Below, one piece after another: positions 19,330 to 30,490 of a DNA stretch of 64,000 nt; within the stretch, counting starts at the first letter, position 1; each line of letters begins with the position of its first letter. Source of the stretch: Acidobacteriota bacterium (lineage in GTDB: Bacteria > Acidobacteriota > Thermoanaerobaculia > Gp7-AA8); contig JAFATB010000012.1 in NCBI GenBank assembly GCA_019244185.1, positions 32,001-96,000 of the forward strand, written 5' to 3'. The notes beneath the pieces are model-generated. The model was not told the DNA's origin, did not search any database, and saw nothing but the letters and a program-made list of their open reading frames with translations. A program made the position numbers and the translations under genes.

Positions 19330-20373
19330 CTAGCCGAACGCCTCATCTGCAGTGACGAGAAACAGGTCGCGCAGGTTGTTCCCCGTCGGCGCAATCATAA
19401 TCGGCTCACCGACTTGCGCGGCGATCCGATACGAGTTCGAAACAGCGAGTTCCGCGTTCGCGACGGCGTCGTCGAGACGCTCGTTCCGCCGCGTCAGATG
19501 GATGCCCGCGACGCCGCTGTTGCCGTCGACGCCGTCCGAGCTCGCGAAGAGCGCCTCCGCGCGCGAATGCATCGCGAACCGCACCGCGAGCTCTGTGCAG
19601 CGTCCGCCCCGTCCGTCGCCGCGAATGCGCACCGTCGGCTCCCCGCCGGCGACGAGGATCCGGCCGCGCGCGAGCTTCGTCGACGCGAGCGTTCGCGCGA
19701 CGTCTTCGACGTCGGCTTCGAGCTGTTCGTCGATGACAACCGCGCGCTCGCCGATGACCTCCGCCGCCGCGCGCACGAGCGTCGTGTTGTCGGCGATGAG
19801 CGTGCCGTTCGCGACGGGGCCGCTGGCGACGTCGTCGAGTCGTCCGCGCGCGACGTCGGAGTAGATCAGCGCGACGGCGCGGCCACGCACGCGCGCGCCG
19901 AGGCGGCCGCCTTTGATCGCGGAGAGCGCGCGACGCCGCGCGTTGATCGCGCCGATCGGCAGCTCGCTCGCGACGAGCCGCGCGTTTTCCTCGATGAGCT
20001 CCGCCTCGCTGTGCGGCGGCAGCGCCACTTCGACGCACGCGGAGCCGCCGCCGGACACGAGGAACAGGATGTCGTCGTGACCATCGACGAAGTCGAGGAG
20101 CGCGCGTCCAGCCTCGAAGCTCGCGTGCGTCATCCGCGGATGTCCGCCGCGGTGAATCTCCGCGTGCGTGACCGGCGCCCGATATCCGTCCGGCAACGCG
20201 ACGAACGCGTGCGCGACGTCGTGTACCGCGGCCACGCCGTCCAGCAGCGCGCCCGCGCACTTGCCGATCGCGACGACGTTGCGCGGCAAGTCGGGCGTGA
20301 CGTGCGCGCGAATCAGCCGCTCCGGCGCGCAACGTTCCAGCGTTGTGAGGTAGATCGCTTTGAGGTCCACCAC
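19330..20373 (-). CDS. Glycerate kinase type 2 (DUF4147/MOFRL), compact form
   Basis: AIGKCA, LVSGGGSA, SAIKGGRL, SDV, ASGP, GGEPTV, GGRCTE, SDGVDG, PTGNNLRDL. Confidence 0.88.
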   Translation of the reverse strand: MVDLKAIYLTTLERCAPERLIRAHVTPDLPRNVVAIGKCAGALLDGVAAVHDVAHAFVALPDGYRAPVTHAEIHRGGHPRMTHASFEAGRALLDFVDGHDDILFLVSGGGSACVEVALPPHSEAELIEENARLVASELPIGAINARRRALSAIKGGRLGARVRGRAVALIYSDVARGRLDDVASGPVANGTLIADNTTLVRAAAEVIGERAVVIDEQLEADVEDVARTLASTKLARGRILVAGGEPTVRIRGDGRGGRCTELAVRFAMHSRAEALFASSDGVDGNSGVAGIHLTRRNERLDDAVANAELAVSNSYRIAAQVGEPIMIAPTGNNLRDLFLVTADEAFG

Positions 20374-20393
20374 TCGCCGATTATCCTCGGCAG

Positions 20394-21596
20394 GTGACCC
20401 GCCGCCATCTCCGCTCGCGCGTGCTCTGGCTCACCGGAGCGTTCACGCTCGCGCTCTTCGCGATGGCGTTCGGCCTGAGCTGGCGCGCGCAACGCGCGCA
20501 GGCGCGTTGGACGCGGCTGCTGTCGGTCGAGACGAAGGCGGTTGCGGCGCTCGAGGAGCTGATCCGCGCGCAGAACGCGTTTCACGCGCGCTTCACCGCG
20601 GGACTCGAACCGGCGTCGCGCTACGGCCTGGTCGTGCAGCTGCTCAACGACGAGTCGCTGGCGACGTTCGATCTCAACGCGCTGCGCGGCCGCGTGAAGG
20701 CGTATCGCATGCTGATCCACGAGCCGTCGCCGCGCGCGGTGGATCTCGATACGACGTCGCGCGCGATCGTGAACGAGGCGCTGCAGCTCGCCGCCGCGCG
20801 CAAGGAAACGATCGCGCGGCAGCTGCCGGAGCTCGAGAACGAAACGCGCTGGATGATGTCGAGCGGACTCGCGGTCGCGTGGATCGTGGCCATGCTGTCG
20901 TTCGCGGCGGTGCAGACCACGCTGCGCAAGGTGGTGAAGCCGATCGAAGAGCTCTCCGCCGCCGCCGATCGCATCGCCGCGGGCGATCTCACGGCGCGCG
21001 CGCCTGTCGCGGGAGATCGCGAGATCGCGACCTTGGGCGTCGCGTTCAATCACATGGCGGACGAGCTGAAGGCGCGCGCGCGCACCGACGAGCTCACCGC
21101 GCTGCCGAACTTCCGCGCCTTCCGCGAGCGCATCGACGCGGAGCTCGAGCGCGCGGATCGCTATCCGGAAACGTTCGGCATCCTCGTCCTCGATCTCGAT
21201 CGCTTCAAAAACTACAACGACACGTACGGTCATCTCGCCGGCAACGAGGCGCTGCGCCGCGTCGCGCAGACGATCCGCGAAACGGTGCGCGCCGTCGACT
21301 TTCCCGCGCGCTATGGCGGCGAGGAGTTCGCCGTGGTCGTCCCGCAGGTCGACGCCGCGTCGCTCGTCACGATCGCCGAACGCATCCGCACGAACATCGC
21401 CGCGCTCCCCGCCCCGCCGGATGGAGCGATCGTGACCGTAAGCATCGGCGCCGCGCTGTATCCGATTGACGGCCTCAATCGCGAGGCGCTCTTCCAAACC
21501 GCGGACGCGCGCCTTTACGAGGCGAAGGAAGCGGGGCGGAATCGGGTGGTGGGGCCGGGCGGTGCCTGGAAGGTCGCCGGATCACCAGCTCGCTGA
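20394..21596 (+). CDS. Membrane diguanylate cyclase (HAMP plus GGDEF)
   Basis: Two TMs, HAMP, DLDRFKNYNDTYGH, ARYGGEEF. Confidence 0.92.
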   Translation: MTRRHLRSRVLWLTGAFTLALFAMAFGLSWRAQRAQARWTRLLSVETKAVAALEELIRAQNAFHARFTAGLEPASRYGLVVQLLNDESLATFDLNALRGRVKAYRMLIHEPSPRAVDLDTTSRAIVNEALQLAAARKETIARQLPELENETRWMMSSGLAVAWIVAMLSFAAVQTTLRKVVKPIEELSAAADRIAAGDLTARAPVAGDREIATLGVAFNHMADELKARARTDELTALPNFRAFRERIDAELERADRYPETFGILVLDLDRFKNYNDTYGHLAGNEALRRVAQTIRETVRAVDFPARYGGEEFAVVVPQVDAASLVTIAERIRTNIAALPAPPDGAIVTVSIGAALYPIDGLNREALFQTADARLYEAKEAGRNRVVGPGGAWKVAGSPAR

Positions 21597-21597
21597 A

Positions 21598-22344
21598 TCA
21601 GAATTTTTGCGTCAACAACTTCTGCTGGTCTGACCGGAGAACGTCGAGATTCGGGTGTAGCCACCCGAATCGCTCGAAGAGCCACGTTGTACAACGCAGT
21701 GCTTCCTCTGCGGCGGACGAAACAAGGTCCGCAGGAGAGTATGCGTGCGAATAGTGAAACTCGTCCTGCGTTGCGACAAAGTCTGGCTTCCACAAACGGT
21801 TGTGGTCGGCCGCTAGCATAAACCCCTTGATGCCCTTGATAGATATCGAGACTGTAACTGAATCGGTATATACCTCCGCCTGCGCGAGGCGTGCGGCGAA
21901 CTCGAAATATTCTGTGAGGTTATACACGCATTCGACTACAGAGAGAAACCCGGGCACCTCGTCAATGTTGACGCGATCTCGGGCATGCCATTTCATCGTC
22001 GTCCGAATCTTTTCGGCCCATTCCGGATCGGTCACCTCCCGCACACTACCCAAGTATAGAAACTGTGAGCTTTGATAAAAGCGCCAGTATTCGAGATGAC
22101 CCATGAAGTCGCTTGACCCAGCAACCCATGTATCGCCAAATTCGAATTCTGGTTGCGTGGGAACAAACGGGAAATCCCATCCGCGAAGGCGAACGCGTGT
22201 CTTGTGGAGAAGATCGATGCAGTCGGACAGCGTCTGGACACGGCTGGCTACGTATGTCGACGGACGAAGATTGACTCGCCAGTGCGGATGCTGCAAGACA
22301 GGCACCGCTAGAGGAGCCATAGACGTAATCGCTGAGGCGGTCAT
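21598..22344 (-). CDS. Hypothetical protein (LRGWDFP / WRFYQS domain), partner of the AlbA_2 gene
   Basis: 248-aa ORF; its ATG overlaps the repaired upstream stop (TGATG at 22346-22342). Confidence 0.75.
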   Translation of the reverse strand: MTASAITSMAPLAVPVLQHPHWRVNLRPSTYVASRVQTLSDCIDLLHKTRVRLRGWDFPFVPTQPEFEFGDTWVAGSSDFMGHLEYWRFYQSSQFLYLGSVREVTDPEWAEKIRTTMKWHARDRVNIDEVPGFLSVVECVYNLTEYFEFAARLAQAEVYTDSVTVSISIKGIKGFMLAADHNRLWKPDFVATQDEFHYSHAYSPADLVSSAAEEALRCTTWLFERFGWLHPNLDVLRSDQQKLLTQKF

Positions 22345-22963
22345 CAAAGCCCTCCGAGTTCCTCGTCAAACGCCCTTCGTGCCGGTGGTGCTTCTAATCC
22401 GATCTTTCTCGCAGTCTCTAGAATGCGGCGCGCGCGTTTCTCGGCTGCCAATTCCAGGAGATCATGCATCTGCTCCGCAGACCGCACCTCTGTTGTGCGA
22501 GCCATACCGGCAGGACGAACGTAAACTGCTCCCTGCCTGATTTGAGAGTTTGGCGGTCATCGCGTCGACACACAATCGGCGTGGCGCCGAACTCAGATAC
22601 GCTTACGCACAGGAACCGGCGCGCATTCCATGGTACGACGACGAGTATCACGTCGACAGAGGGTGAGGCGAACTTGTGGATCGCATCGATCACGTCATCG
22701 ACCTGATACGTCGCTAAGTGTTCGTTGCTGATGCCAGGAAGCTCCCATTGGTCCCCACGTTCACTAACGCCAATGACGATCACGCCGCCATCCCGCAGAT
22801 TGGCCATGGCGAGTGTCGTTCGAATGATCTTATGCTGAAGCTCTTCCCAGGGCGCCGACTCCTTGAAGTCGATCGATTGCACTTCCACGCAGCTTTCGAG
22901 TGCGGCTACGGCGCGTTGGTGAAGTGCGCGATGACCGGGCAGGTCCGAAATTGGAATCGGCAT
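22344..22963 (-). pseudogene. AlbA_2/Schlafen-domain gene with one frameshift near 22557 (real or sequencing error)
   Basis: EVQSIDFKE, AMANLRDGGVIVIGVSE; continues in another frame as IRQGAVYVRPAGMARTTEVRSAEQMHDLLELA...EELGGL stop. Confidence 0.78.
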
Positions 22964-23009
22964 CGATGTCCATCGTACCTCGGGCTCTTGCCCGACGACG
23001 TCGGGCCGG

Positions 23010-23438
23010 CTATGCGGACAGCGCGTCGATCAGCCGCGCCACGACCCGCGTGAGCGATTGCAGGTCGCGCTCGGAGATGTGCTCGGCGCCGATGGAACGG
23101 ACCCATTCGTCATACGCGGGGCGCACCTTGTCGACGACGCCGCGGCCGCGGCGCGTGAGCGCGACGCCGGACGAGCGCAGATCGTTCGGATCGTCGTGTC
23201 GCTCGGCGAGGCCGAGCTGTTCGAGGCGGGCGATCATGCCGGTCATGTTCTGTTTCGTGACCATGAGGCGCCGCGCGAGGGCGACCAGCGTCTGCGGCAC
23301 GTCCTCGTCCGAGATGGCCGCGAGCACGGCCCACTGTTGCGGGGTGATCTTCGACTTCTCGAAGATCGGCGCGAGCCGCCGGTTGAGAAGGTTCGCGAGC
23401 TGCATGATGCCACCGACGAGATCGCGTTCGGCCGCCAT
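23010..23438 (-). CDS. MarR-family regulator
   Basis: ITPQQWAVL, LARRLMVTKQNMTGMIARLE, DPNDLRS, LTRRG. Confidence 0.92.
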   Translation of the reverse strand: MAAERDLVGGIMQLANLLNRRLAPIFEKSKITPQQWAVLAAISDEDVPQTLVALARRLMVTKQNMTGMIARLEQLGLAERHDDPNDLRSSGVALTRRGRGVVDKVRPAYDEWVRSIGAEHISERDLQSLTRVVARLIDALSA

Positions 23439-23441
23439 CCG

Positions 23442-23473
23442 GTCAATCTATTGACTAAGCGGCCCGGAGTCAA
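23442..23473 (-). promoter_or_regulatory. marR promoter with palindromic operator
   Basis: Minus TTGACT-N17-TAGATT, 6 nt before the ATG; palindrome GTCAAT-N2-ATTGAC at 23442-23455. Confidence 0.75.
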
Positions 23474-23482
23474 ATCGGCGCG

Positions 23483-25276
23483 TCAGCGGAGCACGGCCGC
23501 GACCTTCGTCTCCACCGCGGCGTGCAGCGTCGGCGGCGCGCCGTAGAACACGCCCGCGGTCTTCCCCGTTTTGTCGAAGAGGAAGAGCGTCGGCACGGCG
23601 CTGATGTCGCCGAACGAGCGCGCGAGCTCCGGCGTCGCGAGGCCCCAGCGCACCGGCAGCGCGAGCTCGCGCGTCAGCTTGCGCACGTCGGCTTCGGGCG
23701 ATTCGACGGCGAGGCCGACGACGGCGACGCGGTCGCCATATCGCTTCTTCAACGTCCCGAGCCACTCCAGCGTTCCGCGGCACGGCGGACACCACGTCGC
23801 CCAGAACTCGACGATCACGGCGCGGCCGGCGAGTTGCGCGCGCGTCAGCGGCTTGCCGTCGAGGTCCGTGATGCTGAGCTGCGGCAGCGCCGCGATCTCG
23901 TTCGACGTCGCGCTCGCGGCGCGCGCCCGTGCGTCGTCGGTCTTGCCGGCCAGCACGAGCTGCAACATGCGCGTGAGATCGGAGCGGAAGCGCTCGTGGC
24001 TCGCCGCGCTGCGCAGCGGCGCGTAGCGTCCGGAGTTGCCTTCGCCTTTGCCGAAGAAGCCGAAATCGTTCGGCGTCGCCACGAGGATGTCGTCGACGAA
24101 GATCGCGGGATAGCGCTTCACGCCGAAGCGTTGCGCGAGCTTCGACTGCCCGTAGTTCTCGACGACGAACCGCACGCTTCCGTTGAACTGTTGCACCACG
24201 CTCTGAGCCAGCAGACCTGCCGGATCGGAGAGGTTTCACGTGTATGGCCAGCGAATGAGCGTGACCGTCGCGCGCGGCGCGGGCAACGCTTTCACCGGCG
24301 GCGCGGGTCCGATCGCGGCGAAGTAGCGCGGCAGCGATGCGGACGCGATGGCCGACGCGACCGCGCCGCCGTCCGCGCGTGCGAGATCCGCCTGCGCGCT
24401 TTCGACGAACATCCGCGCGATGCTGTGATCGACGTTCGGCGCGGCGGCGATGCGCGCGGACGTCTCGCGCAGACGCTGCTCGATCTCCGCCCGCGCGAGC
24501 GGTGTCGTCGCGCGGATCTGCGCCGTGCGCCGCACGGCTTCGAGATAGCGCACGAGCGCGCCGCGGCGCAGTCCCGCGGCATCGAGCTCGCGCGCTTCCT
24601 TCAAGAGCGAGCTCGCGTTGATGAAGTCCGAGTGGCGATCGATGGACGCGGGCGGACGATACGCGGCGAGCAGCTCCCGTTCGAGCGCGTCGAGCTCCGG
24701 CGCGATCGAGCGGAACGCCGGCGCGCGCTTCGCTTCCGGCTGCGACGCGCGGCGCGCGAAGGCGAGGAAGTCGCGCTGCGCCACGGCCTGCCCGAGGTAG
24801 AAGTAACCGGCGAAGGGGCTCGTGTTCTGCGCGTAGATCAGGCTCGCGCCATACAACTCGTGCACCTGCGGGATCGCGGTCTCGAGGAGGCCGCGCACGG
24901 CGGCGGGCTGCACGTCGTCGAGTTTCGGCGCGGGCGCGTTCTGCAGTTGCGGGCCGAGGCGCTTCCATTCGGCTTCGAGCCCGTCGAGATTCTGCATCGC
25001 CGTCGCCGGTTGTTTTGCGACATACGCGGCGGCACCGAGGTTCGGCCATGCGCTGGCGAGCTGCTGCAGCGCGTAGAGCCGGCGTCCGTCGCGCAGCGCG
25101 TCGGAGGCGCGGTCGAGCGCCGGCTGCGCGCCGCCTTTCACCTCGTCCCACGCGCCGCCTTTCGACTGCGCGAGCACCGACGACCAGCGCGCGACTTCCT
25201 GCGCGACCGGATCGGCGGCATTCGTCGCGGCGAGCAACGCCATCGCGGCCGCGGCGACGAACGAACGTGCGTGCAT
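23483..25276 (-). CDS. Probable selenoprotein, 597 aa: signal peptide, helical domain, Trx-like domain (UxxS), TlpA-like domain (WCPPC)
   Basis: ORFs 24236-25276 and 23483-24199 are in frame, separated only by TGA at 24238-24236; SECIS-like hairpin follows. Confidence 0.85.
24201..24235 (-). promoter_or_regulatory. Bacterial SECIS element
   Basis: After UGA: AACCUCUCCGAU-CCGGCAGGUCUGCUGG-CUCAGAG; GCAGGUCUGC core starts 15 nt after the UGA. Confidence 0.82.
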
Positions 25277-25327
25277 GTCAGCGGTATAGCACCGCCCGCC
25301 TGCGCGCTCGTTGAACGAACGGCAAAC

Positions 25328-27099
<1,772 letters not shown>

Positions 27100-27104
27100 G
27101 GGCT

Positions 27105-27773
27105 TTAGTGGAGTCCTTCGAAGAAGCGGTCGAGTCGCGGAACATACCAGTGGGAGCGGTCGAGGGAGAAGGCCACGGCGACGGCTTTGCCGACGATGCG
27201 CCTTCGCTCGATGAAGCCGATGAAGCGGCTGTCGTTGCTGTTGTCGCGGTTGTCGCCGAGGACGAAGTACGAGCCCTTCGGCACGGTGAGCGGACCGTAG
27301 TTGCGGACCGCGGGGATCTCCGGCGTCAGCATGACTTTGTGAATGTGGCCGTCGAGGTCTTCATCGTTGACGTACGCGGAACCGTAATCGCCGGCGCCGA
27401 CGATGGCGATGGGCGACTGCTTCGCGAGATGGCCGTTGATGAAGAGCTGGTTGTCGCGGAGCTCGACCTGATCGCCGGGGAGCGCGGCGACGCGTTTCAC
27501 GAGGCGCGTGCCGTCGACGGGCGAGAAGAGCACGACGATGTCGCCGCGATGCGGATCCGCCCATTTCGTGATCTCGATCGTGGTGAACGGGACCTTGAGG
27601 TCGTAGGCGAGCTTGTTGACGACCACGCGGTCGCCTTCCTGGATGGTCGGCTTCATCGAGCCGGTGGGGACGTCGTTCCAGTCGGCGAGCGCCGAGCGCA
27701 GCGAGCTGACGATGAGGATCATCAGCGCGAAGACGCGGATCTCGTAAAGAACCTTCTTTTTGTCGATGGCCAT
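27105..27773 (-). CDS. lepB: Signal peptidase I
   Basis: VPTGSMKPT, LVKRV, LGDNRDNSNDSR. Confidence 0.93.
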   Translation of the reverse strand: MAIDKKKVLYEIRVFALMILIVSSLRSALADWNDVPTGSMKPTIQEGDRVVVNKLAYDLKVPFTTIEITKWADPHRGDIVVLFSPVDGTRLVKRVAALPGDQVELRDNQLFINGHLAKQSPIAIVGAGDYGSAYVNDEDLDGHIHKVMLTPEIPAVRNYGPLTVPKGSYFVLGDNRDNSNDSRFIGFIERRRIVGKAVAVAFSLDRSHWYVPRLDRFFEGLH

Positions 27774-27786
27774 GGCACCTCTTCAG

Positions 27787-27811
27787 TACGCGACGGCCGG
27801 TGCAACGTTTC
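27787..27811 (-). promoter_or_regulatory. ECF-type promoter upstream of lepB
   Basis: Minus GAAAC-N16-CGTA. Confidence 0.5.
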
Positions 27812-27883
27812 GCGGCGGAAAACTACTCCAGCGACGGAACGGTGACAGTGAAGGGGCGGACGAACGTCTGCCCCTCGAACGAT

Positions 27884-29296
27884 TTACGCCGATTTCTCGC
27901 TGCCGCCGATGAGCTTCACCTTCGAGAGGAGCTCCGACATCTGCATGCCGGAGAGCGACTCGAAGAGCGCCGGCACCTGCGCGGCGATCGCGGCGAGGTC
28001 GCCGGTGATCTTGTGCGCGCCGGCGGCGTTGGCGTCGCCGGTGGAGACGATGGTGATCTTGTCGACGTTGGCGAGCGGCGCGGCCATCGCGCGCACCATC
28101 TCCGGCATCTGCGTCATCAGTTTGTCGACGACCGCGGCCTGGTTCCACTCCTGATACGCCTCGGCCTTCACGTTCATCGCCTTCGCTTCCGCCTCGCCTT
28201 TACGGAAGATGATGTCGGCCTCGGCCTCACCTTCGGCGCGCACCGACGCGGCGCGGCCCTCGGCTTCGATGCGCAGGCGCTGGCTCTCGGCGGCGGCGAG
28301 CGTCTCGATGCGCGCGCGCTCGACTTCCGCGGACTTGAGGACGTTAGCGATCAGTTCCTTCTCGTGGCGGACGATCTCCGCCTCCTGCACCTTGATCTGT
28401 TCCTGCTTTTCGATCTGCTGCACCTTCACCGACTCTGCGATGACCTGCTGCTGCATGACCTGCGACTGGATCTCGTACGCCTTGTCGGCCTGCGCCTGCT
28501 GGCGTTTGGTCGTTTCGACGTAGAGCGCTTTCTTGACGTCGAGGTCGCGCTGCGCCTCCGCCTGCGCGGCGAGCGACAGCGTCTCGGCGAGCACCCGCTG
28601 CTGATCGGCTTCGGCGCGTTTGATCGCGGCTTCGCGCAGCGCCTCGGCGCGTTTGATGGCGGTGTCGCGCTCCGCTTCCGCGGCGGCGATGTCGGCCATC
28701 ATGCGGATGCGCGCGATGTCGGGGCGGCCCATGTTGGTGATGTACTCGTTGCCGTCCTTCACTTCCTTGATCGTGAACGACACGACCTCGAGGCCCATCT
28801 TGTCCATGTCGTCCGCGCACGTGGCCCGCATGCGGTCGGCGACCATCTCCGGCTGCTTGACGATCTCTTCGACCGTCAGCTGGCCGATGATGCCGCGCAG
28901 GTGGCCTTCCATCACCAGGCGGATGAGGCCTTCACGCTGCGGCGGCGTCTTCGAGAGGAACTGCTCCGCGGCGGTGAGGATCGACTCGCGGTCGCTCTTC
29001 ACCTTGATCTGCGCGACCGCTTCCACGGTCACGGCGACGCCCTGCTTCGTGTAGAGGTCCTGCTTCGGCGCGACGTCGAACGACATCAGCTCGAGCGAGA
29101 GCGCCCTGTAGCTGTGGATCATCGGGAAGATGAGCGTGCCGCCGCCTTTGATGACGCGCGTGCCGCCGACGCCGAAGACGACGAACGCCTCGTTCGGGCC
29201 GACTTTCCGATACATCTGAGCGATGAAGCCGAGGAGCATCAGCGTGGCGAGCACGATGCCGCCGGCGATCATCCACATCGGTATTTGGTTGAGCAT
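27884..29296 (-). CDS. Flotillin (SPFH) family protein
   Basis: YRKVGPNEA, EGHLRGIIGQLTVEEI, AEAE coiled-coil repeats, PLANVDKITIV. Confidence 0.93.
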   Translation of the reverse strand: MLNQIPMWMIAGGIVLATLMLLGFIAQMYRKVGPNEAFVVFGVGGTRVIKGGGTLIFPMIHSYRALSLELMSFDVAPKQDLYTKQGVAVTVEAVAQIKVKSDRESILTAAEQFLSKTPPQREGLIRLVMEGHLRGIIGQLTVEEIVKQPEMVADRMRATCADDMDKMGLEVVSFTIKEVKDGNEYITNMGRPDIARIRMMADIAAAEAERDTAIKRAEALREAAIKRAEADQQRVLAETLSLAAQAEAQRDLDVKKALYVETTKRQQAQADKAYEIQSQVMQQQVIAESVKVQQIEKQEQIKVQEAEIVRHEKELIANVLKSAEVERARIETLAAAESQRLRIEAEGRAASVRAEGEAEADIIFRKGEAEAKAMNVKAEAYQEWNQAAVVDKLMTQMPEMVRAMAAPLANVDKITIVSTGDANAAGAHKITGDLAAIAAQVPALFESLSGMQMSELLSKVKLIGGSEKSA

Positions 29297-29316
29297 GGAC
29301 AGTTTCTCCTTCTGCG

Positions 29317-29901
29317 CTACTCGAGCGCTTTCAACGCGCCGTTGGCCGGCGCGAGCTCGTCCCACGTGGTGACGTAGGCGATTCCTTTTTCATAACGGGT
29401 CACGATGACCTCGGTGCCTTTGGCGATGGCGCGGCCGTCGTCGCTGCGCGCGCCGCACACGCGTCGCGTGCCGGCGTGGCGGAAGACGATCTCGCCCGTG
29501 CCGTCGACCGCGCGGATGGGGATCGTCGTGCGTGCGACGACGCCGAGCATCGACAGCGGCGCGGCGACCGCCTCGTCGCGCGCGAGACGTCCGATGACGC
29601 TGTTGATCACGGACGCGCCGACCGCGCCGATGACGATCGCGCCGGTGGCGATCAGCCGCGGCGACCATGGCGTCAGCCGCTCGATGAGCAGTCCGCCGCC
29701 GCCGAACCAGGTCAGGAACGCGGTGATCGCGGCGGCGTTGACCATCGACGCGCGGCGCCCGCCGTGCGCATGCGGATGCAGATGCAGCGCGCGGTGCGCG
29801 AACACGCGGTCGAAGACGTTGACGTGCTCGAGGCCGGAGACGAACGAGACGACGCTCAGCCCCAGGCCTGCGATGAAGCAGACGACGAAGAGTGTGGTCA
29901 T
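29317..29901 (-). CDS. NfeD-like membrane protein
   Basis: TM helices plus C-terminal OB fold (GTGEI, IAKGTEVIVTRYEKGIAYV); adjacent to flotillin. Confidence 0.82.
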   Translation of the reverse strand: MTTLFVVCFIAGLGLSVVSFVSGLEHVNVFDRVFAHRALHLHPHAHGGRRASMVNAAAITAFLTWFGGGGLLIERLTPWSPRLIATGAIVIGAVGASVINSVIGRLARDEAVAAPLSMLGVVARTTIPIRAVDGTGEIVFRHAGTRRVCGARSDDGRAIAKGTEVIVTRYEKGIAYVTTWDELAPANGALKALE

Positions 29902-29914
29902 GAAGATGTGCCTT

Positions 29915-30406
29915 TCAGGCGCGCCGTTTCTTTCGCGCCGGGCGCGGATGGACCTCGAGCGTGTCAACGAGGCGCTCGATGAGCTGCCGGTTCTCGACGA
30001 TCGAGCCGAGGAGCACGAGGCAGTCGCGCGACTTGTCGTGCTTGGCGATCTTCAGCAGCGCGTCGGCGAGCATGCGGTCCTCGGCGAAGGTCTCCGCGCC
30101 GTCGATGAGCCAGAGATCGACGCGGTCGTCGAGCGCGCGGCGCGGCTTCATCGAGTGATGGCCGTCGAGGTCGTCGACGAGATGACCCGGATGCACTTTG
30201 AAGAAGCGCGCGAGCAGAAGGCGCGTGTTCGCGGTCATGTGCGGACGCGCGCCGCTCTCGAGCTGCGAGAGATACGACTGGCTGATCTGCCCGTCCAGCT
30301 CTTCCCGCACGCCGCGCGCGACTTCCGCCTGCGTCAGCTCGCGCTCCAGGCCGCGGGCGAAGCCTTCCAGCGTTCGCAGGCGGGCCAGCTTTTCTCCGAT
30401 GGTCAT
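29915..30406 (-). CDS. XRE-family HTH regulator
   Basis: MTIGEKLARLR, LTQAEVA, ISQSYLSQLESG. Confidence 0.88.
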   Translation of the reverse strand: MTIGEKLARLRTLEGFARGLERELTQAEVARGVREELDGQISQSYLSQLESGARPHMTANTRLLLARFFKVHPGHLVDDLDGHHSMKPRRALDDRVDLWLIDGAETFAEDRMLADALLKIAKHDKSRDCLVLLGSIVENRQLIERLVDTLEVHPRPARKKRRA

Positions 30407-30445
30407 TGCAATTTGCAATATATGGCAAATTGCAATCTTTTGCAA
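30405..30445 (-). promoter_or_regulatory. Promoter and long palindromic operator of the XRE-nfeD-flotillin operon
   Basis: ATTGCAATTTGC-N8-GCAAATTGCAAT (30405-30436); minus TTGCAA-N17-TATATT. Confidence 0.8.
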
Positions 30446-30490
30446 GTGGCGGGGCGGCGGCAGGGTGGAACTCCCCGGGAAACGGCGCCG

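Larger units (their letters stand above)
21597..22980. other. Lower-GC two-gene islet, probably horizontally acquired
   Basis: Visible rise in A/T content and loss of host GC3 codon bias; no integrase or terminal repeats seen. Confidence 0.7.

Noticed and set aside
21597-22980. IS element or prophage remnant
   Set aside because: No transposase, integrase, terminal inverted repeats or target duplication found by eye
23483-24199. Stand-alone TlpA gene starting at GTG 24199
   Set aside because: No RBS or signal peptide, and it starts mid-domain; better explained by UGA recoding
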